Shown: one piece after another, positions 32,499 to 43,500 of the stretch
Position numbering within the stretch: the first letter of the stretch is position 1
Layout: every line of letters starts with the position of its first letter
Assembly: GCA_005882995.1 (NCBI GenBank)
Contig: VBCY01000075.1
Location: 4,734 to 68,733, forward strand
DNA from: Betaproteobacteria bacterium
Lineage (GTDB): Bacteria; Pseudomonadota; Gammaproteobacteria; Burkholderiales; Casimicrobiaceae
DNA length: 64,000 nucleotides
Direction: 5' to 3'
The notes under the pieces: generated by a model
What the model was told of the DNA's origin: nothing
Database searches by the model: none
What the model saw: only the letters and a program-made list of their open reading frames with translations
Program-made: the position numbers and the translations under genes

Positions 32499-33623
32499 AT
32501 GATCATCGGCATACCGCGTGAATCACGAGCCGGCGAAACCCGAGTCGCCGCGACGCCGGAAACCGTCAAGAAGCTTGCTTCGAGCGGCAAACATTCGATT
32601 GTTGTCGAAGCCGGCGCCGGACTTGCATCGAGTATTTTGGACGCCGACTTTGAGTCCGCCGGTGCACGCATCGCTAACGCCGCGGAAGCGCTCGGCGCCG
32701 ACATCGTGCTCAAGGTGCGAGGACCCGCCGCCGAAGAGCTCACGCAACTCAAGCGCGGAGCGCTCCTGATCGGGCTTCTCAATCCCTTCGATGCCGAGGC
32801 CCTGCGCTCGTACGCAGGCGCCGGCGTGTCGGGTTACGCGCTCGAAAAATTGCCGCGGATCACGCGTGCTCAGACCATGGACGTTCTGTCCTCGCAGGCG
32901 AACATCGCCGGCTACAAGGCGGTCGTGCTGGCGGCCAACGAATACGGCAAGTTCATGCCCATGCTGATGACCGCGGCCGGTACGGTAAAAGCGGCGCGGG
33001 TGCTGATTCTGGGTGTTGGCGTGGCGGGCTTGCAGGCGATTGCCACCGCCAAGCGCCTTGGCGCCGTTATCGAAGCATCGGATGTACGCCCTTCGGTCAA
33101 GGATCAGGTCGAGTCACTTGGCGGGAGGTGGGTGGATGTGCCGTACGCGAACGACGAGGAACGCAAGATCGCCGAGGGCATCGGCGGCTACGCGCGACCG
33201 ATGCCTCCGGAGTGGATGGCGCGCCAGGCAGGGATCATCGCCGAGCGCTGCAAGACCGTCGATATCCTGATTACGACCGCGTTGATACCGGGCCGTCCAG
33301 CGCCGAAGCTCATCAAAGCGGAAACGGTGGCCGCGATGAAGCCGGGAGCCGTCATCGTGGACCTCGCGGTGGAGCAGGGCGGTAACGTCGAGGGATCCGA
33401 GGTCGACAAGATCGTGATGAAGGATGGCGTCAAGATTGTCGGACTCGCCAACCTGCCGGGACGCGTGGCCGCTGATGCGAGCGCGCTCTACGCGCGCAAC
33501 GTGTTCAACTTTCTGTCGCTCTCGCTCAATGCAAAGACCGGCGAGTTCAGCGTGCCTAAGGACGACGAGATCATCCAGGCAACTCTCGTTTGCGACAACG
33601 GGCAGGTCGTCGGTGCAGGCTGA
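32499..33623 (+). CDS. pntAA: NAD(P) transhydrogenase subunit alpha part 1
   Basis: ATG 32499: MIIGIPRESRAGETRVAATPETVKKL, and the Rossmann motif VLILGVGVAGLQAIATAKRLGA. Confidence 0.93.
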   Translation: MIIGIPRESRAGETRVAATPETVKKLASSGKHSIVVEAGAGLASSILDADFESAGARIANAAEALGADIVLKVRGPAAEELTQLKRGALLIGLLNPFDAEALRSYAGAGVSGYALEKLPRITRAQTMDVLSSQANIAGYKAVVLAANEYGKFMPMLMTAAGTVKAARVLILGVGVAGLQAIATAKRLGAVIEASDVRPSVKDQVESLGGRWVDVPYANDEERKIAEGIGGYARPMPPEWMARQAGIIAERCKTVDILITTALIPGRPAPKLIKAETVAAMKPGAVIVDLAVEQGGNVEGSEVDKIVMKDGVKIVGLANLPGRVAADASALYARNVFNFLSLSLNAKTGEFSVPKDDEIIQATLVCDNGQVVGAG

Positions 33624-33668
33624 TCGTCGAGCGGCCCGCGAAGGCCGCGCGGTTCGAGGGAGTGAACC

Positions 33669-33989
33669 ATGACCGCAGGTGTTGATCCGATTGTTGTCAA
33701 TCTGATCGTCTTCGTGCTGGCGATTTTTGTCGGCTTCCAGGTTGTATGGAACGTCACTCCTGCGCTACATACGCCGCTGATGAGCGTGACCAATGCCATC
33801 TCCAGCATCATCATGGTTGGTGCGATGCTGGCCGCGGGCGCGGCGGACCTCGACTGGGGCGGCTGGCTCGGCGTGCTCGCCGTGGCGCTCGTCGCGATCA
33901 ACACCTTCGGCGGCTTCCTCGTCACCCGACGCATGCTCGAGATGTTCAAGAAGAAGGAACCGAAGCCCGGCTCCAAGGACAAAAAATGA
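33669..33989 (+). CDS. pntAB: NAD(P) transhydrogenase subunit alpha part 2 (membrane)
   Basis: 106 aa with 3-4 TM helices, including [15 protein letters not shown]. Confidence 0.9.
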   Translation: MTAGVDPIVVNLIVFVLAIFVGFQVVWNVTPALHTPLMSVTNAISSIIMVGAMLAAGAADLDWGGWLGVLAVALVAINTFGGFLVTRRMLEMFKKKEPKPGSKDKK

Positions 33990-34008
33990 CGCGAGACTCG
34001 GGACATAC

Positions 34009-35403
34009 ATGAGCGCCAATCAGCTCGCACTGTGGTACCTGGTTGCGGCGGTGACATTCATCCTCGCGTTGAGGGGGCTGTCCGGGCCGCAGACCGCCCG
34101 GCGTGGCAACGTGTACGGCATGGCCGGCATGGCGATCGCACTGCTGGTCACGCTTGCGCTCGTTTACTCGCACAGCAAGAGCATCGGGCCGATAGTCGTC
34201 GCGATGGTGATTGGCGGTGCGATCGGCGCCGTGGTTGCCCGGCGCGTCCAGATGACGCAGATGCCGCAGCTGATCGCCGCGATGCACTCGCTGGTCGGCC
34301 TCGCGGCGGTGTTCATCGCCATCGCCGCCGTCAACAATCCCGCTGCAATGGGACTCGACGTGCCGATCACGCTCGGGCACAAGATCGAGCTGTTCATTGG
34401 CACCTTTATCGGGGCGATCACCTTCTCGGGCTCGGTGATCGCCTTCGGCAAGCTCTCGGGTACGATCCGCAGCGCGCCGGTCGTGTTCCTGGGCCAGCAC
34501 TGGCTGAATCTCGTCATCGGCATCGCGATGATCGGATCCGGGATCTGGTTTTGCATGTTGGCGGCGCCCGCCGATTGGGCGCCGTTCATCGCGATGACGG
34601 CGCTGGCGTTTCTGCTTGGATTTCTCCTTATTGTCCCAATTGGCGGCGCTGACATGCCGGTCGTCATCTCGATGCTCAACAGTTATTCGGGGTGGGCGGC
34701 GGCTGGCATCGGGTTTTCGCTGGACAACCCGATGCTGATCATCGCCGGCTCGCTGGTAGGCTCCTCCGGCGCGATCCTTTCGTACATCATGTGCCGGGCG
34801 ATGAACCGCTCATTCTTCAGCGTGATCCTCGGCGGATTCGGAGGCGAGGTCTCCGACGCCGCAGGCGGCGGCCAACAGAAAACAGTCAAGAGCGGCAGCC
34901 CGGACGATGCGGCGTTTCTGCTGTCTAACGCTGACACGGTCATCATCGTCCCCGGTTACGGCCTAGCGGTGGCCCGCGCTCAGCACGCGGTCAAGGAACT
35001 GGCGGCGAAGCTCACCGAAAAAGGTGTAACCGTCAAGTACGCCATTCATCCCGTCGCGGGGCGCATGCCGGGGCACATGAACGTGCTGCTCGCCGAAGCG
35101 GAAGTGCCGTACGACCAGGTGTTCGAGATGGAAGACATCAACAGCGAATTCGCGCAGGCGGACGTAGCGCTGATCCTTGGCGCGAACGACGTGGTGAATC
35201 CGCTCGCGGAACAAAAGGGAAGCTCCATCTATGGCATGCCCATTATCGAAGCGCACAAGGCCAAGACCGTGCTGGTCAACAAGCGATCGATGGCTTCCGG
35301 CTACGCCGGACTCGACAATCCATTGTTCTACATGGACAAGACGATGATGGTCTTCGGCGATGCGAAGAAGGTCGTCGAGGAACTGGTGAAGGCGGTTGAC
35401 TAG
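34009..35403 (+). CDS. pntB: NAD(P) transhydrogenase subunit beta
   Basis: ATG 34009: MSANQLALWYLVAAVTFILALRGLS... It has a C-terminal NADP(H) domain: PGYGLAVARAQH..HPVAGRMPGHMNVLLAEA. Confidence 0.95.
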   Translation: MSANQLALWYLVAAVTFILALRGLSGPQTARRGNVYGMAGMAIALLVTLALVYSHSKSIGPIVVAMVIGGAIGAVVARRVQMTQMPQLIAAMHSLVGLAAVFIAIAAVNNPAAMGLDVPITLGHKIELFIGTFIGAITFSGSVIAFGKLSGTIRSAPVVFLGQHWLNLVIGIAMIGSGIWFCMLAAPADWAPFIAMTALAFLLGFLLIVPIGGADMPVVISMLNSYSGWAAAGIGFSLDNPMLIIAGSLVGSSGAILSYIMCRAMNRSFFSVILGGFGGEVSDAAGGGQQKTVKSGSPDDAAFLLSNADTVIIVPGYGLAVARAQHAVKELAAKLTEKGVTVKYAIHPVAGRMPGHMNVLLAEAEVPYDQVFEMEDINSEFAQADVALILGANDVVNPLAEQKGSSIYGMPIIEAHKAKTVLVNKRSMASGYAGLDNPLFYMDKTMMVFGDAKKVVEELVKAVD

Positions 35404-38400
35404 CCTCTCCAGCCCGACTGCGCTCAGTCGCAGAGCAGCATTCTGGATTGCATTCGCGCTGATCGCGGCCGGCTCCGCGGCGGTCGCGTGGCGCCTCTTT
35501 CCCGAAGCCCTGCCGCTGATTCACCTCGACGTGAGAATGAGTCGCGCCGAAGCGCTGGCGAGCGGCGCGGCACTTGCCGAGAAGCTCAAGCTTGCACCAC
35601 CCGATGCGCGGTCCGCGACGATTTTCGGTCACGACGCAGAAACGCAGAACTTCGTCGAACTCGAGGCGGGCGGCAAAGCAAGGTTTGCCGAGATGCTGCA
35701 GGGCGAGCGCTATTCACCCTACTGGTGGGAAACGCGGCTGTTCAAGCCGCGCGAGACCGCTGAAGCGCGCATTCGCTTTCGTCCTGACGGAACGCCCGAT
35801 GGCTTTGCGCGCGTGGTGCCCGAGAGCGAACCGGGCCCTGCGCTCGATGCATCGGCGGCTCGCGCGATCGCGGAGCAGCGCGCGCGCGAAGATTGGGCGA
35901 TCGATTTCGCTTCCTACAAGCTGCTGGAGCAGTCGCAGGTGCAGCGTCCCAACGGCCGTGTCGATCATCAGTTCGTGTACGAGCGCTTGCAGGAGACGCT
36001 GGGCGACGGGCGGTACCGCTTGCGCCTTTCGGTGGCGGGTGACCAGTTCAACGGGCTCATCCGCTTCGTCTACGTTCCAGAGGCCTTCGCGCGACGCTTC
36101 GCTGAAATGCGCTCCGCGAACAACGCCATCGCCCGAGTTGCCGGGCTTGCCGCAGGATTGCTGTATGGCATCGGCGGCTGCATCCTCGGCGTGCTGTGGC
36201 TTTTGCGGCATCGCTCGCTGATCTGGCGTCCGGCGCTTGTCGCCGGCGGCGTGGTTGCCGGCTTGAACGCGCTCGCCGTGTTGGCGAACGCTCCTCAGGC
36301 ATGGTACGGCTTCGACACGGCGCAATCGGCGTGGGTGTTCTGGGGCCAGCAGGTGGGTCTCGCGCTTTTAGTCCTGATCGGCGGCGCGTTGCTGCTCGCG
36401 CTGGTGTTCATGACGGCCGAAAGCCTGTCACGTCGAGCATTCCCTAATCATCCGCAATTCTGGCGGCTATGGTCGTCGGCTGCGGCACCAACGCCTGCGG
36501 TGTTGGGACGCACCGTCGGCGGCTACCTGTTCGTGCCCATCGAGCTTGCTTTCATCGCGATCTTCTATTTCTTCACCAATCGCTACCTGGGTTGGTGGCA
36601 GCCTTCGGAATCACTCTCCGATCCCAACATCCTCGGCAGCGCGATGCCCTCGCTTGCCCCGATCAGCATGGCGTTGCAGGCTGGCTTCATGGAGGAGTGC
36701 CTGTTTCGCGCGGTACCGTTGTCTCTCGCAGCGCTGATCGGCACACGCCTGGGTCATCGGCAGCTGGCGATCGGCGTTGCTCTCGTTTTGCAGGCGGTGG
36801 TGTTCGGCGCCGCTCACGCCAATTACCCCGGCTTTCCCGCGTACTCTCGCCTGGTCGAGCTCATCGTTCCCGCGTTGATCTGGGGACTCATCTTCCTGCG
36901 TTTTGGTTTGCTGCCGACGGTCATTCTGCACGCGGTATTCGATTTGGTTTTGATGTCGATTCCCGTTTTTCTGGTCGAAGGTCGCGTGGCTCAGTTGAAC
37001 CAGGCGCTGGTAGTGCTGGCCTGCATGGTGCCGCTCGCCATCGTGTTGTGGCAACGCGCTCGCGTCGGAACATGGCTGAAGCTGCCGCCCACTCTGCGCA
37101 ACATCGGATGGCTGGTGAGCGCCGAGGCGGCGACCGAAATGGCGGCGAGGACCCGCGCTGCTGCCGGCGCATGGACGACGCGCGTGCAACGCGCGCTGCC
37201 GCTGCTGGCGGTGGCGGGACTGGCGACAACGCTGCTTGCCGGCGATTACCGCAGCGATGCGTTGCCACAGGGCTTGAGTCGTGCGCAAGCCGAAGCGGCT
37301 GCCGAATTCGCGCTCAAAACCCGCGGCGTGACGCTCGGCGCGGACTGGACCCGGTCGTCGAGCATTCGATCGGCGCCCCAGGAAACGGATGGAGGATCCT
37401 GGAGCTGGCACAAGTTCGTCTGGCGCGAAGCGGGCCGCGAAGCCTACAAGCGACTGATGGGCACCTGGTTGGCGCCACCCTTATGGGAAGTGCGCTATGC
37501 ACGATTCGACGAAGGGAATGTGGCGGAACGCGCCGAGGAATGGCGAGTCACCATCGACGGCGAAGGCAAGATACGCCAGGTTCAGCACCGGTTGCCCGAA
37601 CAAAGGCCTGGCGTACGCCTTTCGCGAGACGATGCTCGAGCACTCGCCCAACGCGAAATTCAGCAACGCTTCGGTCTCGATCCTGTCGCCCTGCGCGAAG
37701 TCTCTGCGGAACAGGAGCAGCGACCGGCGCGCTCCGATTGGCAGTTCACCTATACCGATCCGCGCGTCGATGTCGGGAAGGGAGGCGAAGCGCGCGTCCG
37801 CGTGGCGATCGCCGGGGACGAGATTGTGGGAGCGGGCCGTTATGTGTTCATTCCCGAGGATTGGCAGCGCGCAGAGCGCGAGCGTGCGTCGAAACTGAGC
37901 ATTGTGCGACAGGCGGTGGTGCTGGCGCTGATCATCGTCGCCATTGCTGCGCTCATCGCTTCGATCATCGCCTGGAGCCGCGGCCGCTTCGATCGGCGCG
38001 CGTTTTGGCTGGCGGTGGGACTGGTGGGAACAACCTCGGTGATCGCCGGGGGCAATCAATGGCCGGTGGCCGCGATGCAACTCAATACCACTGAGCCCTA
38101 TCTATGGCAAGTCTCGCTATGGGCGGCAGGCATCGCCTTTTCGATGATTCTTCTGACCATGCTGAGCGGTCTGCTCGCAGGCGTTGCCGCATGGGCGGCA
38201 CGAACCCACGCTGCACTGACTGTCGATGCGGCGACGCTGTGGTTGAAGGGCGCCGCAGCGGGCTTGTTCGTCGCCGGCGTCAAGACGCTCGCGAGCGCTG
38301 GTGCTACCCAGGCCCTTCCGCACTGGCCGCATCCAGGGCCTGAGGTTGCGTGGACTCCGTGGCTTGCTGCGTTGAGCGCTCCCGTGAGCGCCACCATTGC

Positions 38401-38833
38401 GGCCGCGGCTGTGACAACGATCGTGCTCTATTGGCTCGACCGGCTCACTCACGGCTGGCACCGCCACCGCATCGCCGCTTTCCTTCTGCTAAGCCTCACC
38501 TCCGCTGCGCAGGCGGCGCTCTCGGCAGACGATGGCACAGCCGTTCTGATCGCCGGAGTCGCCGGGGGGTGTCTCTACACGCTGCTGTTCGCGATGCTGC
38601 TGCGCTTCGATTTCCGCCTCGTCCCCGGCTTTATCGCTGCACAGGCAACTATTTCCATGGCGATCCAGGCCGTGCTGCAGCAGACGACGGCAGGCGCGGG
38701 CTACGCGCTGCTCCAGATCGGCGTGACTCTGCTCCTCTCCTGGGGCATGGTCCGATACCTGGTGCGTGCGGCTGAGCCCGCGCCCGCAGCGCCGGCTCAG
38801 CCCGTGCCCCCGGCCGGGAGTCTGTCCGGTTAG
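35396..38833 (+). CDS. large polytopic membrane protein with a CPBP (CAAX protease/bacteriocin-processing) intramembrane protease core and an internal duplication
   Basis: CPBP motifs EECLFRAVPL (EE at 36692-36697), FGAAHANY and HAVFDLVLMS. The soluble segments at about aa 45-255 and about aa 625-845 are clearly paralogous. The C-terminal TM bundle lacks the catalytic motifs. The TTG start at 35396 overlaps the pntB stop, so the start is uncertain. Confidence 0.8.
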   Translation: MTSLSSPTALSRRAAFWIAFALIAAGSAAVAWRLFPEALPLIHLDVRMSRAEALASGAALAEKLKLAPPDARSATIFGHDAETQNFVELEAGGKARFAEMLQGERYSPYWWETRLFKPRETAEARIRFRPDGTPDGFARVVPESEPGPALDASAARAIAEQRAREDWAIDFASYKLLEQSQVQRPNGRVDHQFVYERLQETLGDGRYRLRLSVAGDQFNGLIRFVYVPEAFARRFAEMRSANNAIARVAGLAAGLLYGIGGCILGVLWLLRHRSLIWRPALVAGGVVAGLNALAVLANAPQAWYGFDTAQSAWVFWGQQVGLALLVLIGGALLLALVFMTAESLSRRAFPNHPQFWRLWSSAAAPTPAVLGRTVGGYLFVPIELAFIAIFYFFTNRYLGWWQPSESLSDPNILGSAMPSLAPISMALQAGFMEECLFRAVPLSLAALIGTRLGHRQLAIGVALVLQAVVFGAAHANYPGFPAYSRLVELIVPALIWGLIFLRFGLLPTVILHAVFDLVLMSIPVFLVEGRVAQLNQALVVLACMVPLAIVLWQRARVGTWLKLPPTLRNIGWLVSAEAATEMAARTRAAAGAWTTRVQRALPLLAVAGLATTLLAGDYRSDALPQGLSRAQAEAAAEFALKTRGVTLGADWTRSSSIRSAPQETDGGSWSWHKFVWREAGREAYKRLMGTWLAPPLWEVRYARFDEGNVAERAEEWRVTIDGEGKIRQVQHRLPEQRPGVRLSRDDARALAQREIQQRFGLDPVALREVSAEQEQRPARSDWQFTYTDPRVDVGKGGEARVRVAIAGDEIVGAGRYVFIPEDWQRAERERASKLSIVRQAVVLALIIVAIAALIASIIAWSRGRFDRRAFWLAVGLVGTTSVIAGGNQWPVAAMQLNTTEPYLWQVSLWAAGIAFSMILLTMLSGLLAGVAAWAARTHAALTVDAATLWLKGAAAGLFVAGVKTLASAGATQALPHWPHPGPEVAWTPWLAALSAPVSATIAAAAVTTIVLYWLDRLTHGWHRHRIAAFLLLSLTSAAQAALSADDGTAVLIAGVAGGCLYTLLFAMLLRFDFRLVPGFIAAQATISMAIQAVLQQTTAGAGYALLQIGVTLLLSWGMVRYLVRAAEPAPAAPAQPVPPAGSLSG

Positions 38834-40425
38834 GGCTTGACGTTCCCGTCCTGTATCGAAACGCGGTAAGGAATCACCTGGTTGTCGGCGCGGTGGGGCG
38901 CCGTCACATTGCTGCGTGCCGCCCAGGGAATCACCTGCCGGTGCAGCGGAAGGTGGTTGATCTCCGCGTTGTGCGCGGCAAGTGCCTCGCGGATCTCCTT
39001 GAGCCGCTGTTCGGGGAGCATGTCCACCTTGACCTTGGCGGTGAGCTCGTCGAGCTTGGGATTGGAGTAGCGGCCATAGTTGTAATCGCCATCGCCTTTG
39101 CCGTTGGCCGTCGAGAGCACCGGCTGCAGGATGAAGACTCCATCGGTCGAACCTCCGCCCCAGCCCAACATGTACATGCTTGTGTCGTGCTTTTCCAGTT
39201 TCGGAAAGTAGTTGGCGCGCGGCATGGCATTGACTCTTACGGTGACGCCGATCTGCGCCCACATGGCCGCGAGCGCCTGACAGATCTTTTCATCGTTGAC
39301 GTATCGATTGTTGGGACAGTCGAGGGTTACGTCGAAACCGTTCGGGTACCCTGCTTCGGTCAGCAGTTGCTTGGCCTTTGACTTGTCGTAGGGAAGACGC
39401 TTTTCAAGATCCGGCGTTGACTGTACCGGGGAAGGAAGCAATGCTCCGGAGGGCTTCGACAAGCCACGCATGATCGAAGTCCTGATCGCCTCGATGTCGA
39501 TCGCCTGATAGAGCGCCTGCCGCACCCGCTTATCCTTGAACGGGTTCTTGCCCTTCACGTTCGAATACAGGAGCTCGTCGCGGTTCTGGTCCATGCCGAT
39601 GAACACGATGCGATTCTCGGTGCCCTCGAGGACTTTGATGTTGGGATCCTGCTTGAGCCGTGGCACGTCTTGGGGCGGTGGGTCGTTCACCAGATCGACC
39701 TCGCCCGACACCAGCGCCGCGAGCCGTGTACCGTCGTTGACAATCGGCAGATAGACCACTTCGTCAGAGTTGCCGGTGAACATGCCCTCCTTGATCCCCC
39801 ACCAAATCGGGTTCTTGACGAGCACCGTTTTGATGTCCGGCTCGCGCGCTTTCAGCATGTACGCGCCGGTGCCGTTCGCCTGATGAGCCGTGATCATGTC
39901 CTCCTTTTGCGTATAGTTCTGCGGCTTGGTCGCGCGGTTCTTCTCGCACCACGCCTTGCTCATGATGTAGATGGTCGCCCAGTGCTCGAGCTCGATGGGA
40001 TTGGGGCCGCTGGTGGTGAACTCGACGGTGAGATCGTCGACCTTCTTGGGAATGCCGGAGGCGTTGGCGTAAACCCGCAACTGCGACGTCTCGGAACGCG
40101 CGCGCTCAAAGCTGAATACGACGTCGTCTGCAGTGAAGGGCGTGCCGTCGTGAAACTTCACTCCCGGACGAAGCTTTACGCTCCATGTCGTCGGGTTGAC
40201 CTGTTGCCACGACACTGCCAGCGCGGGTTCCAGGTTCAAATCCTTGTCGCGCTGCACCAGCGTGTCATAGACGAGCGAATTGATGTTGTTGGTGAGGTTC
40301 TCGTTCTGTGAATGCGGGTCTGTGGTCTGCATGTCGCCGCGCCCCGCCCAGCGCAGCGTCTTGGCATCGATGCTTCCGGCCGCGAATGCGGCGACGGCGA
40401 GTAACAGCGTGATCGCGCGCAGCAT
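38830..40425 (-). CDS. ABC transporter substrate-binding protein, family 5 (peptide/nickel type)
   Basis: Signal peptide, then LRWAGRGDMQTTDPH...VKFHDGTPFTADDVVFSFER, typical of DppA/OppA-like SBPs. No permease or ATPase genes are adjacent. Confidence 0.9.
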   Translation of the reverse strand: MLRAITLLLAVAAFAAGSIDAKTLRWAGRGDMQTTDPHSQNENLTNNINSLVYDTLVQRDKDLNLEPALAVSWQQVNPTTWSVKLRPGVKFHDGTPFTADDVVFSFERARSETSQLRVYANASGIPKKVDDLTVEFTTSGPNPIELEHWATIYIMSKAWCEKNRATKPQNYTQKEDMITAHQANGTGAYMLKAREPDIKTVLVKNPIWWGIKEGMFTGNSDEVVYLPIVNDGTRLAALVSGEVDLVNDPPPQDVPRLKQDPNIKVLEGTENRIVFIGMDQNRDELLYSNVKGKNPFKDKRVRQALYQAIDIEAIRTSIMRGLSKPSGALLPSPVQSTPDLEKRLPYDKSKAKQLLTEAGYPNGFDVTLDCPNNRYVNDEKICQALAAMWAQIGVTVRVNAMPRANYFPKLEKHDTSMYMLGWGGGSTDGVFILQPVLSTANGKGDGDYNYGRYSNPKLDELTAKVKVDMLPEQRLKEIREALAAHNAEINHLPLHRQVIPWAARSNVTAPHRADNQVIPYRVSIQDGNVKP

Positions 40426-40532
40426 GATTCGGTCCTCCTTGGACGTTTGAAGCGTTCATCATAACTCGGTCCGACTGCAGGTAACCGACCGCTCGAGCGA
40501 ACGTTAAAATGCCGCTCCCCCGGGGTTAACCG

Positions 40533-43500
40533 ATGACTTCTGCGGCGCTTACCGAACGCCTTATCACCGAGCTTGCGGACGGCATGGCGGCCGACTGGGA
40601 AAAGCTCTCGCCGCGCATTTTGCGGCTTGGCCGCGGCAACGCATCTGCGGCTGAGATCGATCGCGTCGCCAGCGCCGTCGCTGCATCGCGGGAGCGCGCG
40701 CTGCGACGCGCCGAGACCCTCCCGGCAATCAGTTACCCGACGGAGCTGCCGGTGGCGGAACGCCGCGACGAAATCGCAGGGGCGATCGCCGCGCATCCGG
40801 TGGTGATCGTGTGCGGCGAAACCGGCTCCGGCAAGACGACGCAACTTCCGAAGATCTGCCTCGAAATCGGCCGTGGGGTGCGCGGTCTCATCGGCCATAC
40901 GCAGCCGCGACGCATTGCCGCGCGCAGTGTGGCATCGCGTATCGCCCAGGAGCTCGGTACGACCGTAGGAGAGCTCGTCGGCTACAAGGTGCGCTTCACC
41001 GATCGCACACGGCCCGACGCTTATATCAAGCTGATGACCGACGGCATCCTGCTCGCGGAGACTCAAAGCGACCGGCGCCTCGCCGCGTACGACACCATCA
41101 TCGTCGACGAGGCGCACGAGCGCAGTCTCAACATCGATTTTCTACTCGGCTATCTCAAGCGCCTGCAGCGTGAGCGGTACGACCTGAAGATCGTTGTCAC
41201 TTCGGCAACGCTCGACGTGCAACGATTCGCGCGCCACTTCGGCGACCGCGCGAAGCCGGCGCCCGTCATCGAGGTGTCAGGACGAACCTATCCCGTGGAA
41301 GTGCGCTATCGGCCCCTGGTGCAAGACGAAGAGGACGACGAGGAAAAGCTGGAGGAAGCGATCGTCTCTTCCGCCGAGGATCTCTGGCGCGAAGGACCCG
41401 GCGATATCCTGGTGTTCCTTCCGGGCGAACGTGAGATTCGAGAAACCTCCGAGCTCCTGACGCGCTCGCTTGCGCGCCGTCCCTATGCCTCAATGGTGGA
41501 AATCCTGCCGCTGTATGCGCGCCTCGCGGTCGAGAAGCAGCAGCGCATTTTCGCTCGCAGCAATGGACGACGCATCGTACTGGCCACTAACGTTGCGGAG
41601 AGCTCGCTTACCGTCCCGGGGGTGCGCAGTGTAATCGACAGCGGACTCGCTCGTGTCAGGCGCTATTCGTTGCGCAACAAGGTGACGCTGTTGCAGATCG
41701 AAAAGATCGCACAGGCAGCAGCGAATCAACGCGCCGGCCGCTGCGGCCGCGTTGCCGCCGGCGTTTGCGTCAGACTCTTCAGCGAGGACGACTTCGCATC
41801 GCGCGCGCAGTACACCGATCCGGAGATCATGCGCAGCTCACTCGCCGGCGTGATACTGCGCATGGCGGCGCTCGATCTCGGCGCAGTGGAGGAATTTCCA
41901 TTCCTCGAGGCACCGGCTCCGCGGGCGGTTGCCGACGGCTATCAGCTCCTGCAGGAGCTTGGCGCGATGGACGCGCAGCGTCGTTTGTCGTCGCTGCCTC
42001 CTCCCGACGACCAAGCAGGATCAAGCGCTGCGCGTCGGCCTCAAGCGCCGATTCGCCCGGTCGCATCCCCGCCACGCGGGGCCCCTGCTTTCCGGCTCAC
42101 GTCGCTGGGTCGAGATCTCGCCAAGCTGCCCGTCGACCCGCGCGTGGGCCGCATGATTCTCGGCGGCAGAGACGAGCACTGCCTTGCCGAAATCCTGGTC
42201 ATCGCCAGCGCGCTCGCGGTCCCCGACCCGCGCGAGCGTCCGCTGGAACAGCGACAGGCCGCCGATCAGGCGCATTTGCGATTTCGCGATCAGCGTTCCG
42301 ATTTCCTGAGCCTGCTTGCACTATGGCAATTCTTCGCCGATGCACTTGCCGAGGGGCTTGCGCATCGCCAGCTCGTCGATCGTTGCCGGACGCATTTTGT
42401 CTCGTATCTGCGCCTCACCGAGTGGCGAGACTTGCATCGGCAGCTCTCGGAGCAGCTTGTCGAGCTTGGCTGGAAATGGGCCGAATCGCGCCCGGCGAAG
42501 ATCGATGACGCACGCTACGCCGCGATCCACCGCGCGCTCCTCTCGGGACTGCTATCCAACATCGGAGCGAGAGCTGAAGATGGTGAACATTACCTTGGCG
42601 CACGTGGACTCAAGTTCTTTCTGCATCCCGCCTCGGGTATCACCCGTTCCGCGGCGAAATGGATCCTTGCCGCGGAGCTGACCGAAACCACGCGGCTGTA
42701 TGCCCGTTGCGCCGCCAAGGTCGATCCCGAATGGATCGAGTCGGTGGCCGGAGACCGGGTTGATCGCACCGCATTCGACCCGCATTGGGACCCGGCGCGC
42801 GGCGAAGTGGTCGGCGCTGAGCGAGTCTCGCTGTACGGTCTCACGCTCGTGCCGCGTCGACGCATTTCATACGCCTCGATCGACGCCGCTGTGGCGCATG
42901 AAGTATTCCTGCGCGAGGCGCTGGCGGGAAACCAGCTCACGACCAAGGCTCCCTTTGCGACTCATAACCGGAAGCTCTTGGCGGAGATTGCGGAGCTCGA
43001 GAACAAGGCGCGACGCCAGGACGTGCTCGTGGACGAGGAAGCGATGGTCGCGTTCTATGCGCAGCGCATTCCATTGGAGGTTCATTCGAGCACGACCTTC
43101 GAGCGCTGGCGCCAAGTGGCAGAGGCGAAGGATCCCAAAGCACTGTTCATGACCCGCGAAGCGCTGATGCGCCACGCCGCGGCCAATGTCACCGAGGAGC
43201 AGTATCCGGAATTCATGGAAATGGCGGGCAGCCGTCTGCCGCTCAAATATCGCTTCTCCCCAGGTCATCCGATGGATGGGCTGACCTTGAACGTCCCGCT
43301 GCCGTTGCTCAATCAAATCGACGACGCTCGGCTGTCATGGCTCGTGCCCGGGATGGTGCGAGAGAAGGCGACGTGGTACCTGCGTGCGCTGCCGAAGGGA
43401 TGGCGCGGGCGCTTGATGCCGGTGCCCGAAGTCGTCACCGCTTTTCTCGAAGCGGCGGAAAGGGATCCGGGCTATCGAAGCCTTCCATTCGCGGAGGCGC

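Noticed and set aside
41975-42090. Pro/Ser/Ala-rich segment of about 32 extra residues in HrpA (RRLSSLPPPDDQAGSSAARRPQAPIRPVASPPRGAPAF). Similar low-complexity tails occur on IscU (C-terminal 18 aa), Der (Arg-rich C-terminus) and DctM (N-terminal 35 aa).
   Set aside because: These are linker or terminal expansions of the kind common in high-GC genomes. No repeat structure or domain signature is present, and some depend on uncertain start-codon choice.
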